NCBI GenBank assembly: GCA_964604645.1
Contig: CAZRZP010000006.1
Span: 1,953 to 65,952 of the forward strand
Source: an uncultured Methanosarcinales archaeon
GTDB lineage: Archaea; Nanobdellota; Nanobdellia; Woesearchaeales; GW2011-AR9
Direction: 5' to 3'
DNA: 64,000 nt
The translations under genes were made by a program, and so were the position numbers. The notes under the pieces are model-generated. The model made no database searches and had not been told where the DNA came from. It saw only the letters and a program-made list of their open reading frames with translations. Of this stretch, positions 17,694 through 27,294 are shown one piece after another; within the stretch, counting starts at the first letter, position 1; each line of letters starts with the position of its first letter.

Positions 17694-18908
17694 TTAAGTT
17701 AATCTTTCCTTTTCAGCCTGTAAGATGCGTTTGATAGCAATAATGTATGCAGTAGTTCTTAAATTTACGGAAGATTCGCCAGAAAATGAGTTGTTCTCCT
17801 CAAGCAAAGATTTTGTTGCTTTAGTCATGATATCCTTCAATTTCTGTTTAACTACTTCTGCGGACCATTTTTCATCTTTATTGTTTTGTAACCATTCAAA
17901 ATAACTAACAGTAACTCCACCTGCGTTAGCAAGAATGTCAGGGAGCACCATGATTTTATTGCCAAACAATATTTCATCAGCATCTTTAGTTACTGGGCCA
18001 TTAGCCAACTCTAAAATTATTTTAGCTTTAATTGAAGTAGCGTTATCTACAGTTATTGATCCACCTAGGGCTGCTGGAATTAAAATGTCTGCATCAACTG
18101 ATAAGATATCAGAAATTTTTTCACAATTTTCAGTTCCAATAACAGAACCTGTCTCTCTCTTAGCTGCATCAATCTTTTCTAAATCAAATCCTTCAGCATT
18201 ATAAATAGCACCTTTAGAGTCTGAAATTGCAATTATCTTAAATCCGCGCTTATGCAAAAGATGAGCTACATTATAACCAGCATTACCATAGCCTTGTATA
18301 GCAACACTTCTGCCTAAAAAATTATTATGAGAAATAACTTCTTCCAAAACAAAAACTCCCCCGAGAGCAGTAGCAATATCACGTAACTGTGAACCGCCTG
18401 CATCTAAAGGTTTACCAGTAATCATCCCTGGATCTTTTTTTCCTGCAAGTTTTTCATATTCATCTAACATCCAAATCATTATTTGAGGAGTTGTGTAAAC
18501 ATCAGGAGCTGGAATGTCCTTATCTGAACCTAAATTCTGCCAGAAAGCACGCACATATTCTCTTGCAAGTTGTTCCAGTTCATCAACAGACAGAGATTTT
18601 GGATTAACTGTAATTCCGCCCTTTCCGCCACCAAGTGGAATATCAACTAAAGCTGTTTTCAAACTCATCCAAAAAGAAAGTGAAGTAACTTCATCTTCAG
18701 ATACTTCTGGATGAAAACGGATGCCTCCTTTGAAAGGGCCTCTAGCATTATTGAACTGTACTCTATAAGCAGGATAAGAATTACCTGCTACATTTAAGTT
18801 TGCTTTTAGAACATTCTGTGGTTTTCGTAGAACTGCTAACTCCTCCTCACTAACATTAAGCAATGGCTTAAGTTGAGAAAGGAAATCCTGTATTTCTAAA
18901 AATGACAT
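17694..18908 (-). CDS. gdhA: Glutamate dehydrogenase (Glu/Leu/Phe/Val family)
   Basis: GPFKGGIRFHP, GGGKGG, DIPAPDV, QGYGNAG, ELANGP, PDILANAGGV. Confidence 0.95.
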   Translation of the reverse strand: MSFLEIQDFLSQLKPLLNVSEEELAVLRKPQNVLKANLNVAGNSYPAYRVQFNNARGPFKGGIRFHPEVSEDEVTSLSFWMSLKTALVDIPLGGGKGGITVNPKSLSVDELEQLAREYVRAFWQNLGSDKDIPAPDVYTTPQIMIWMLDEYEKLAGKKDPGMITGKPLDAGGSQLRDIATALGGVFVLEEVISHNNFLGRSVAIQGYGNAGYNVAHLLHKRGFKIIAISDSKGAIYNAEGFDLEKIDAAKRETGSVIGTENCEKISDILSVDADILIPAALGGSITVDNATSIKAKIILELANGPVTKDADEILFGNKIMVLPDILANAGGVTVSYFEWLQNNKDEKWSAEVVKQKLKDIMTKATKSLLEENNSFSGESSVNLRTTAYIIAIKRILQAEKERLT

Positions 18909-18998
18909 GATTCTAGGACAAATTAATGTTTTTTAAAAATTGTGCATCAAACAAAAACAAAAAAAAATTAATCAAATTCAAGCAAAAAGTGTTTTAGG

Positions 18999-19574
18999 TC
19001 ACTCGTAAATAATAGATATCTTGTTCCCTTCTTCAGGAACTACTTGACTAAATGAATCTTCTTTATTAACTGTTATTAACAAGTCTTTTTCATTATTTCT
19101 GCAATACTGAGAACCATCTAAATATAAGCAAGAATCTGTTAGCTGAATCCCCATTTTATCTAAGATATTCCCTAAATGCATTCCAGATGTAAATACTTGA
19201 ACTTTATCTCCAGAAGTTTTAACAAAAAAATCTTGCGGGTTGATTTTATCAGAAAGCATAGATTTGTTACCATCCAACGTTATTGTTAAAGTAAAACTAA
19301 GTGGATCTTTATCATATTCAAATAAGTTATATTCACTGCAAGAATTAACTAAACACAAATTTCGCGAACAGAGAGATGCTATTGGTGTACCTTCACAATT
19401 TAAGTAACAATCCGTATCGGATTTACATAATCGAGGTTCAACTGCTGTTCCAGATTCTTCGGATACTGGATCAATGAAACCAGGCACCATGAAACCTAAC
19501 GCTACTAGTATCATAAAAACTAACAAACCAATTTGAGTTAATTTTTCCCTCTTTTTTTTACGTTTTGAAATCAT
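18999..19574 (-). CDS. Hypothetical membrane-anchored Cys-rich protein
   Basis: Basic N-terminus and TM helix, a Cys cluster, and a beta-rich C-terminal domain. Confidence 0.7.
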   Translation of the reverse strand: MISKRKKKREKLTQIGLLVFMILVALGFMVPGFIDPVSEESGTAVEPRLCKSDTDCYLNCEGTPIASLCSRNLCLVNSCSEYNLFEYDKDPLSFTLTITLDGNKSMLSDKINPQDFFVKTSGDKVQVFTSGMHLGNILDKMGIQLTDSCLYLDGSQYCRNNEKDLLITVNKEDSFSQVVPEEGNKISIIYE

Positions 19575-19624
19575 AATGAAAGAAAAAAGAAGAAGAATAA
19601 AAAAAGCTTTCGGTTTTATTCAGT

Positions 19625-20791
19625 TTATTCAACAACTAAAGTGCCCTGCATTCCCCGCCAATCTTCACAGGAACTACAACTAAAATCAAACTTCCCAGTT
19701 TTGCTTGCAACAACTTCAAATGTTTTTTTACCTGAAATCTCTTCTTTAACACCCAAATCAGGGATGGCAAAAGTAAAATCCAAGCCTACAGCTGAAACAG
19801 AAAATTTGATCGTGTCTCCTTTACTCACTTTAACATTATCTGGAGAGAAGAACCATTTCTTACCTTCAATTGCTACTGGAACTGTTTTACTTGGTGTGGG
19901 AGGAGGTGTTACTTCAGCAGGCGGTGTGACAACAGGAGTTGTTTCTGGTTGCTTGACTACAGGATCTGAACCAGTATCAGCCTTATCTTTGGTTGTATCC
20001 GCGCTTTTGTCAGTAGTTGCAGATGAATCAGAAGTTGAATCTTTTTTCTTATCATCTTCAGCATCCAATTCAATTAAGTCATCTTTAACTTCAATTTCCA
20101 TTGCTTTATCTGATTTTAAATCTGCTGGTGAATCGTCAGTCAAAGGAACATTAACATCAAAGCCTTGTGGGAAGAATAATTTACCATCTTTTGTTAAATA
20201 AGAATCGACTGACTGCCCTGCAACGTCAAGAGTAACCAAATATAAACTTCCAACATCATCTGAACTTGTTACTTTAGCTGTAAACGGAGCCTGTAATAAG
20301 TTTGTGTTAACAAAATTAACTGCTTTTGCCTCCGCATCTTGTAAAGATACGTCCGTAGCCGCTCCTGTTGGAGTTCCCTCAGCAAATGAAAAGCCTTGCG
20401 TAAATATTGAGAAAATTAACAATATAACTAAAATGCCTGTAATTGCTTTCCATGTGGAAGCCTCTTGAAAAGCTCCCGATTCTTCTTCATTAGCCCAAGG
20501 ATTAATTGGTTCTGTTTTAGGTTGTGAAATCTCTTCAGAAAAAGTAGTTTTTGGTACCTCAACTTTCTCATCTTTAACATCATCAACTTTTACAGCATCT
20601 TTTGGTTTAGCTTGCTCTTCTACATTTTTGCTATCTTCTTTAGAAGCTTCTTTAGCAACTTCTTTTCCAGATTTAGCCTTTTCAGCTTTCTTTTTTGGTT
20701 TTTTCACTTTTTCAACCTTAACTTCCGGTTCATCTATAAATTCATCTCCAAAATATGATTCATCAATCTCATCTAATTGTTTTTGCTCCAT
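19625..20791 (-). CDS. Membrane-anchored protein with C-terminal cupredoxin-like domain
   Basis: Charged N-terminus, one TM, YLTKDGKLFFP domain, P/T linker, FSPDNVKVSKGD...GKFDFSCSSC...MQGTLVVE. Confidence 0.7.
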   Translation of the reverse strand: MEQKQLDEIDESYFGDEFIDEPEVKVEKVKKPKKKAEKAKSGKEVAKEASKEDSKNVEEQAKPKDAVKVDDVKDEKVEVPKTTFSEEISQPKTEPINPWANEEESGAFQEASTWKAITGILVILLIFSIFTQGFSFAEGTPTGAATDVSLQDAEAKAVNFVNTNLLQAPFTAKVTSSDDVGSLYLVTLDVAGQSVDSYLTKDGKLFFPQGFDVNVPLTDDSPADLKSDKAMEIEVKDDLIELDAEDDKKKDSTSDSSATTDKSADTTKDKADTGSDPVVKQPETTPVVTPPAEVTPPPTPSKTVPVAIEGKKWFFSPDNVKVSKGDTIKFSVSAVGLDFTFAIPDLGVKEEISGKKTFEVVASKTGKFDFSCSSCEDWRGMQGTLVVE

Positions 20792-20902
20792 TTGATCACC
20801 CTCACTAAAACTATCTCTAATTGGTTAATTCTGGCTAAATGACGTTTATAAAGTTTTAGAAAGTAAAGAAGATATTCTCAATGCTCTATTCTGAAGGCAG
20901 TA

Positions 20903-21604
20903 TCAACGATGGTTTGTTATCTTAATTATCTCACCGTCTTTTAATTCAATAGTCCGTGAACTATATTTTACTAAATGTACATCATGCGTAACTAAAATAA
21001 TGGTTTTATTCTCTTTATGATGTAGTTCAACTAATAAGTCCATTACATCCTTACCTGATTTTGAATCTAAATTACCGGTTGGCTCGTCTGCTAAGATAAT
21101 ATCTGGATTGTTTATCAATGCTCTTGCAATTGCCACGCGTTGTTGCTGTCCGCCAGATAATTCCGTTGGTTTATGGCCTATTCTGTCAGCTAATCCTACT
21201 CGAGTCAACAAACTTTTTCCTTTTTCCATCCTTACTTGTTCGGGAGTATTTTGAAAAACACCAGGTAAAATTACATTTTCTAAAGCAGTTAAAGTGGGAA
21301 TTAAATTAAATTGTTGGAAAACAAAACCTATTTTTTTACCCCTAATTTGCGCAAGATCAGATTCATTTAACTTAGAAATATCTTTCTTTTCCAAAAAAAC
21401 AGTTCCTTTTGATGGAATGTCTAAAATTCCAACAAGATTCATCAAAGTAGATTTTCCACTACCAGATGGACCGAGAATAGAAACAAATTCCCCTTCAAAT
21501 ATCTTTAGATTAATTCCTTTTAGTACGTCAAGACTTACTTTCCCCATAAAATAAGTTTTCCAAACTCCTTTAAGGTTGATTAATGTTTTCTGAACTTTTG
21601 TCAT
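20903..21604 (-). CDS. ABC transporter ATP-binding protein (LolD/MacB-like)
   Basis: [34 protein letters not shown]. Confidence 0.95.
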   Translation of the reverse strand: MTKVQKTLINLKGVWKTYFMGKVSLDVLKGINLKIFEGEFVSILGPSGSGKSTLMNLVGILDIPSKGTVFLEKKDISKLNESDLAQIRGKKIGFVFQQFNLIPTLTALENVILPGVFQNTPEQVRMEKGKSLLTRVGLADRIGHKPTELSGGQQQRVAIARALINNPDIILADEPTGNLDSKSGKDVMDLLVELHHKENKTIILVTHDVHLVKYSSRTIELKDGEIIKITNHR

Positions 21605-21669
21605 TTTGATTTTGTCTTTTTTGTTTTGTTTTTATGCATTAACCTAGTTCTATTTTTATCACTTTTGTA

Positions 21670-22881
21670 TCATTCGTATCTAAGACTATCAACAGGATTT
21701 AATTTTGATGCCCTTATTGCAGGGGAGATGCCAGAAAGACAGCCAACAATAAATGAAAATAGTAGAGTTCCAATAATTAGAAAGTAATCTATTTCTATCA
21801 ATAAAAAGGCAGGCCCCACGGCAATAGTAAAAATCGCTTCAACCAGTTTTGCCAAACCAACACCGATCAAAACGCCAATCAAACCTCCCCCTAAACCGTA
21901 GAATCCAGATTCTACTAAGAATAAATATACGATATGAGAGTTCTTAGCACCTAAAGCTTTCATAACACCAATCTCTTTTGTTCTTTCTAATACTGTAGTA
22001 TACATTGTGTTCATTATTCCTATTCCCCCCACAAGCAAGGAGATAGCAGCAATTCCCACTAAAACAATATTAACGATGTCAAGTATTATTGAAAAAGTTT
22101 CAGCAAATTGGTCTGGGGTTTGAATTTCAAAATCTTCTTTCCCTTCATCTACATTACGAAATTGTCTTAATTCTTTTTTAATAGATTCAGCAATTAACAA
22201 AGAATCTTCCCCTAACCCAGATTGAGCAATAATAAAACCTAATTCATTTTCAGCGTCAAACACGTCAGCATATGCATCAATTGGAATAAGTCCAGATTCA
22301 TCATCTGGAGGAGAACCAATCTTTTCTAAAAATCCAACAACCTTAAAGTCTTTACCGTGAATTTTAATCTTGTCTCCCAATTCAACTCTTTTATCAAATA
22401 AATCTCTTTTTGTATGTTCATGTCCTAAAACTATTTTAAATTTGTCGCCCCTGTCCAGCATCCTTCCCTCTCTAACTTTCCAAGTTTGCGCCTCTCCCAC
22501 TAATGCTCTCTCTTCAGGAGAAGTTGAGATTCCTGAAACGAACCCGTAATGAACCTTATCATTAAAATCAAACTGAGCAAAGGCATAACCCATTCCAGTT
22601 GCTAATTTAACTCCTAAAGTTCCAGAAATAACATCTAAATCATCTTCTGTCAACTGCTCAGATGAACCCATGCCCCAAAGACCACCTTTAGGCATTATGA
22701 ATATTTTATCGTCTCCTAGCGCTTGGAATTGCTTACTTATCGCATTCTCCAAACCCTGGCCTAAAGTAATCAAAGAAACAACAGCAGCTATCCCTATTAT
22801 TATACCAATCAACGTTAACCAGCTTCTAAGTTTTCTTCTTCTTATTTCCTTCAGGGGTATTTTAAAATAATCTTTGTACAT
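21670..22881 (-). CDS. ABC transporter permease (FtsX/MacB family)
   Basis: RSWLTLIGIIIG, GGIGIMNTM...ERTKEIG.MKA.GA, PA.RASKLNPVDSLRYE. Confidence 0.93.
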   Translation of the reverse strand: MYKDYFKIPLKEIRRRKLRSWLTLIGIIIGIAAVVSLITLGQGLENAISKQFQALGDDKIFIMPKGGLWGMGSSEQLTEDDLDVISGTLGVKLATGMGYAFAQFDFNDKVHYGFVSGISTSPEERALVGEAQTWKVREGRMLDRGDKFKIVLGHEHTKRDLFDKRVELGDKIKIHGKDFKVVGFLEKIGSPPDDESGLIPIDAYADVFDAENELGFIIAQSGLGEDSLLIAESIKKELRQFRNVDEGKEDFEIQTPDQFAETFSIILDIVNIVLVGIAAISLLVGGIGIMNTMYTTVLERTKEIGVMKALGAKNSHIVYLFLVESGFYGLGGGLIGVLIGVGLAKLVEAIFTIAVGPAFLLIEIDYFLIIGTLLFSFIVGCLSGISPAIRASKLNPVDSLRYE

Positions 22882-22883
22882 GT

Positions 22884-24098
22884 TTATTTCCTCAATGCAT
22901 CTACTGGTTTTAATTTTGCTGCTTGTCTCGCTGGAAAAACTCCTGAAGCTGCGCCAACAAAAAAAGCAAATAACAAAGCTCCAAGTAATAAAGTTAAACT
23001 GAAATCCGCTTTAATTAAAAATGATTCAAATATTTGAAAAGCTATTAGTTCGATGGATTTGCTGATTGTAAAACCTAAAGTTATTCCAATAATCCCTCCA
23101 AACATTCCTAACATTCCAGATTCAAACAAAAATAATAATAAAATTTGTGAGCCTCTGGCTCCCGTAGCTTTCATGATACCTATTTCTTTTGTTCTTTCAG
23201 TAACAGAAGTATACATTGTGTTCATTATTCCAATTCCTCCAACAACTAAAGAAATTGCAGCTATACCCACCAAAACACCTTGCACAATTAATAAAATTGT
23301 AGTAAGGGTAGCTAAAATGTTTTCAGGAGTTTCTATTGAAAAATCTTCTTTACCTTCATCTAATTCACGATGTTTTCTTAACTTATTCTCTATCCTTTCT
23401 GCAACAAGCACTAAACTATCTCCAGCTCCAGCTTTTACAGGAATAATATCAAAAGTATCGCCAAGGTTTAAAATTTCACGTAATGCAGCTTGAGGTATGA
23501 CTAAAGTGCTATCTTGCTGAGGATTTCCTGATTTTTTTAATATGCCAACTATTTCAAATTTTTTATCTTCGATTATTACTTTATCACGCAGTTGTAAACT
23601 TTTATCAAAGAAATTTTTAGCAAAATCATTACCAACCATGATTTTAAATTTATCTCCTCCTTCTAGTAACCTTCCTGAACCAATCTTATAATTATTAGCT
23701 TCAACTACCAAAGCTATTTTTTCAAGCTCATCTGGAATAGAAGCAGCAAAGCCGTAATTAACTTCATCATTAAATTCAACTTTTACTGAACGAACAAGTC
23801 TTCCAACAGCAATATCGACCCCTTTAACTTTTGCAATAACTTTTTCATCTATTTCAGTTAGAGGAACTTCAACCCCTGTACCAGGAGGTCCAAATCCTGA
23901 ACCAGCTCCCTGCACAATCAATTTATCAGAACCTAAAGAAACAAACTGTTCAGAAATAGCCGACTTTAAACCTTGACTTAAAGATATGAGTGCTACAACA
24001 GCAGCTATCCCAATAAAAATGCCCAACATAGTTAGCCAAGAACGTAATTTCCTGCGTCTAGCATTACGAAAAGCTAGCCGGAAATAATCTTTAAGCAT
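22884..24098 (-). CDS. ABC transporter permease (FtsX/MacB family), paralog
   Basis: Same motifs as the adjacent permease. Confidence 0.93.
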   Translation of the reverse strand: MLKDYFRLAFRNARRRKLRSWLTMLGIFIGIAAVVALISLSQGLKSAISEQFVSLGSDKLIVQGAGSGFGPPGTGVEVPLTEIDEKVIAKVKGVDIAVGRLVRSVKVEFNDEVNYGFAASIPDELEKIALVVEANNYKIGSGRLLEGGDKFKIMVGNDFAKNFFDKSLQLRDKVIIEDKKFEIVGILKKSGNPQQDSTLVIPQAALREILNLGDTFDIIPVKAGAGDSLVLVAERIENKLRKHRELDEGKEDFSIETPENILATLTTILLIVQGVLVGIAAISLVVGGIGIMNTMYTSVTERTKEIGIMKATGARGSQILLLFLFESGMLGMFGGIIGITLGFTISKSIELIAFQIFESFLIKADFSLTLLLGALLFAFFVGAASGVFPARQAAKLKPVDALRK

Positions 24099-24125
24099 AG
24101 TCCACCCAAATTGATTAATAATAAA

Positions 24126-25361
24126 TTAATCTTTTTTGTAATATTTCTTATAATAAACATAACCACCCACAATAAGAATCAGCAATAATATGTAAGCCCA
24201 AATGTGATTACTTTCCAGCACACCGAATTTCTTCAATTCACCAGAGGAAAACAAGTTTAATTTTAGATCAAATTGTTGCTGAAATTCACGGTTGTTAGCA
24301 TCAAGATATTTAAGTCGTACAGGAAATTGTAATGTTTCAATTCTTTTACCATCTGCTTTCTTATTGATGAAAATTAAAAATTCTTCACTTTCTGTATCGT
24401 CAGAATCAATGTCGCCAATGTAAACATAGTCGCTTGTTGAGATTAATCTGTAATGATCTGAAGGCAACAAAGTTAATTCCACAAATTTCACGTCAGTAGC
24501 TCCAGCATTTGCAATTCCTAAAGTGATTGTCCCCTCTTTATTGGACTGTAAAACCGAACTTTTTTTAATGAATGGATGAACTTTTGGTTTGCCTCCGACA
24601 CTTACAGCAACAATATCATCCATTGAAACGGCATTTCCTTTCTCGTCGTTAAAAGTTATGTTTAAGGGAACTTTGTATAATCCAGTAGTGGCGTCAGGTG
24701 AAGCAATTATCTTAAAATTAAGAGTGTTCTGTTGACCAGAACCAAGCTGAGATAAAATTCTTTCAGAAGAACTTTTATACGGAGCAAGAGGTAAATCTCC
24801 TGCAAAATTTAATTTAAAACGAATATCCTTAAGCAAAGAATCTGCCAAATTTTTTACAAGGAAACTAACTTCAGCTGTTTGTCCAGGAGGTACTTGTTCC
24901 GGCTCCATTGTTATTGAAGCTATGTCCAAAACAGCATCATGGGTTTGAATATCTATCAAAAATTCATCATCTGTGTAACTTACTCCACCGTTACCAATCT
25001 TAACGTCTAATTCTATTTCTGCATCTCCTTCAGCTGCTTTTTCATCAACTTTTACTCTAAACTCAAAATTAATTGCATCTCCCCCAGTTGTACTTGCAGG
25101 AAGCTTTCCAATATTTTTTTCTGTTTCATCACCATAAATTGAAAATGGAAATTTTGGATTGATTTTTACTATAACGTCCTCATTAGTTTGTGTTCCCTCA
25201 TTTTCTATCTTAAACTTTAATTTAACCACCTGACCCGGTTCAACCGGATCCGGACTTTGAGAAATTAATGTTACAGAAACATGATGAGAAGGTAAATAAA
25301 TAGCTGAAGCTAGAGGTAATAATAGTGCAAGAACAGTCAAAACTATTAGCAATCTCCTCAT
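24126..25361 (-). CDS. COG1361-type S-layer-domain protein (Ig-like repeats, C-terminal TM)
   Basis: Signal peptide, PDPVEPG and PEQVPPG Ig modules, GLYKVP, C-terminal anchor; first gene of the ABC operon. Confidence 0.8.
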   Translation of the reverse strand: MRRLLIVLTVLALLLPLASAIYLPSHHVSVTLISQSPDPVEPGQVVKLKFKIENEGTQTNEDVIVKINPKFPFSIYGDETEKNIGKLPASTTGGDAINFEFRVKVDEKAAEGDAEIELDVKIGNGGVSYTDDEFLIDIQTHDAVLDIASITMEPEQVPPGQTAEVSFLVKNLADSLLKDIRFKLNFAGDLPLAPYKSSSERILSQLGSGQQNTLNFKIIASPDATTGLYKVPLNITFNDEKGNAVSMDDIVAVSVGGKPKVHPFIKKSSVLQSNKEGTITLGIANAGATDVKFVELTLLPSDHYRLISTSDYVYIGDIDSDDTESEEFLIFINKKADGKRIETLQFPVRLKYLDANNREFQQQFDLKLNLFSSGELKKFGVLESNHIWAYILLLILIVGGYVYYKKYYKKD

Positions 25362-25417
25362 TTTATTTTAAGCAGAAGCAAATGGCGTTTATAAAATTAA
25401 CGTAAATTTACAAGATG

Positions 25418-26263
25418 TTAAATTTTTGGTCCTGTGTATCTTTCACTCAGGTGGGTTCTCATGAACTCCTCTGAAGTCAAACAAGGTTGTAATAAAACAT
25501 CATTTCTAGGTTGCAGAAAAAAAGGTTCATTTAATCTTGCTCCCTGCGATTCTACTTTGGCATAATGCCAAGTGGCAGGAAGACCAGTTCGTTTTTCTAG
25601 TTTTTCTCCGATGTTTATAACTGTTCCACCTTCAGAATCTACTGAAGTCCAATAATTATTTATGAGAACATGTAGACCAGGACCTGGGTTGTGTAAAAGA
25701 GTAATATAATTACTATCCTTATGAGGATTAGCATTACCTTTTTGTTTTCCCGGATAATAATTTAGACGTAGTACTGAATTCCCTTCAATTGTTTCATTAA
25801 TCAAATCATCTGGGTCAATGGACAAATGTAAACCTATTGCAGAGATTATTTCATGAGCCCTACTTTCTAATAAAAAATAAGAATCTAAAATAGTCTGTTT
25901 AAAATCAGGCAATATCTTTTCTTCAGGCCAGAGGTTCTGATGATATTCTTTAGCATCTCGTCCTACTCCAAAGAATTCTTTAACGTCTGGAGATTTATAA
26001 CCAATAGCGGTTTCTTCTCCAAAAGGAACATAACCTCTTTCGCCTTTAGTAGTTGGGTTATAGCAAGCAAATTTTTCTTCATCTGTTAAGATTTCAAAAA
26101 ATAAGCGAGATTGACGACGTAGAGAATCAATTGTTTTATTGATGCCAAGGTTTTGAACAACAACAAAACCTGTTTCTTTCAAAGAATTCCCTAAACCAGA
26201 GACAAAACGTTGCTGGTATGATGGATTTTGAAAATCGTTAAAATCTATAGCTTTGATAGACAT
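25418..26263 (-). CDS. 2-oxoglutarate/Fe(II) dioxygenase (isopenicillin N synthase-like)
   Basis: GFVVV, RGYVPFGEE, NLWP, LRLNYYP, HKD...H facial triad, R...PFF. Start set to ATG 26263 (MSIKAIDF). Confidence 0.85.
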   Translation of the reverse strand: MSIKAIDFNDFQNPSYQQRFVSGLGNSLKETGFVVVQNLGINKTIDSLRRQSRLFFEILTDEEKFACYNPTTKGERGYVPFGEETAIGYKSPDVKEFFGVGRDAKEYHQNLWPEEKILPDFKQTILDSYFLLESRAHEIISAIGLHLSIDPDDLINETIEGNSVLRLNYYPGKQKGNANPHKDSNYITLLHNPGPGLHVLINNYWTSVDSEGGTVINIGEKLEKRTGLPATWHYAKVESQGARLNEPFFLQPRNDVLLQPCLTSEEFMRTHLSERYTGPKI

Positions 26264-26415
26264 GATTACAGCTTGTAGAAATGCTTTTTTTAAAGTTTGT
26301 GCGTTTCTAAGATTATTATTCAATGCAAAAAATAGTACGTTAACGTCAAGTACTCCCCTAGAATAGTTAAAAAATCTTAATAAGTTAAGCAACTCAATAA
26401 ACAAAAATAGAGGTA

Positions 26416-27225
26416 ATGATGGAATTCAAGATTCAAAGGAAGGAAAATGAAAATATGCATAGGTACCCATCCAAAGATTTGGGTTTGGTGCAGAATTTTA
26501 GTGATAAATTAAAAAAAGAGTTGCAAGATTTTTTAATAGCGGTAGTTGCTTTTGGTAGCACAACAAGAAGAGAATCATCTGATAAAAGCGATATTGATGT
26601 TCTGGTAATTACCGATGATGCTTCATTTATTATTACAGAACCAATGATTGAAGCTTACAGGATTATTGTAGATAATTTAATTAGGGAAATTTCTTTAAAA
26701 TTACACGTTACATCTATGACTTTCACATCATTTTGGGAACATGTTAAATCAGGAGATCCCGTTGTAATCAATATTCTTAGAGATGGAATAGCTATCCACG
26801 ATGATGGTTTCTTTTATCCACTACAAATACTTTTGAAGCAAGGCAGAATAAGACCAAGTGAAGAATCAGTTTGGAGATATTTTGGCAGAGCTCCAAAAAC
26901 TTTATTGAATAGCAGATGGCATGTATTACAAGCTACGCTGGATTTATATTGGTCAGTTATTGACTCAGCTCATGCAGCTTTGATGCGGCAACATCAATTA
27001 CCTCCAACACCAGAACATGTATCTGATATGTTAGATAAGATTTACGTTAAAAGAAAGTTATTAAGCAAGAAATATGTAGATATTATGCAAAATTTTTATC
27101 AATTAAATAAAAAGATAACACACCGTGAAGTTAAAATAATTACGGGACAACAGTATGAGAAATATTATGCAGATGCAGAAGATTTCATTCGAACAATGAA
27201 GAAATTAATTGAGAAAGGGTTTTAG
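26416..27225 (+). CDS. Minimal nucleotidyltransferase (MNT) fused to a HEPN-like domain
   Basis: FGS-x10-DID motif; helical C-terminus (SAHAAL..PEHV..ITHR). Confidence 0.75.
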   Translation: MMEFKIQRKENENMHRYPSKDLGLVQNFSDKLKKELQDFLIAVVAFGSTTRRESSDKSDIDVLVITDDASFIITEPMIEAYRIIVDNLIREISLKLHVTSMTFTSFWEHVKSGDPVVINILRDGIAIHDDGFFYPLQILLKQGRIRPSEESVWRYFGRAPKTLLNSRWHVLQATLDLYWSVIDSAHAALMRQHQLPPTPEHVSDMLDKIYVKRKLLSKKYVDIMQNFYQLNKKITHREVKIITGQQYEKYYADAEDFIRTMKKLIEKGF

Positions 27226-27294
27226 TCCAATTATTTTTGAATTAGCCAACAATAATCAAAACATTTAATAATCACTTTTTCTTTCCAGTCATTG

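Noticed and set aside
26264-26404. N-terminal extension of the dioxygenase ORF
   Set aside because: It spans the divergent promoter region; family similarity begins at MSIKAIDF.
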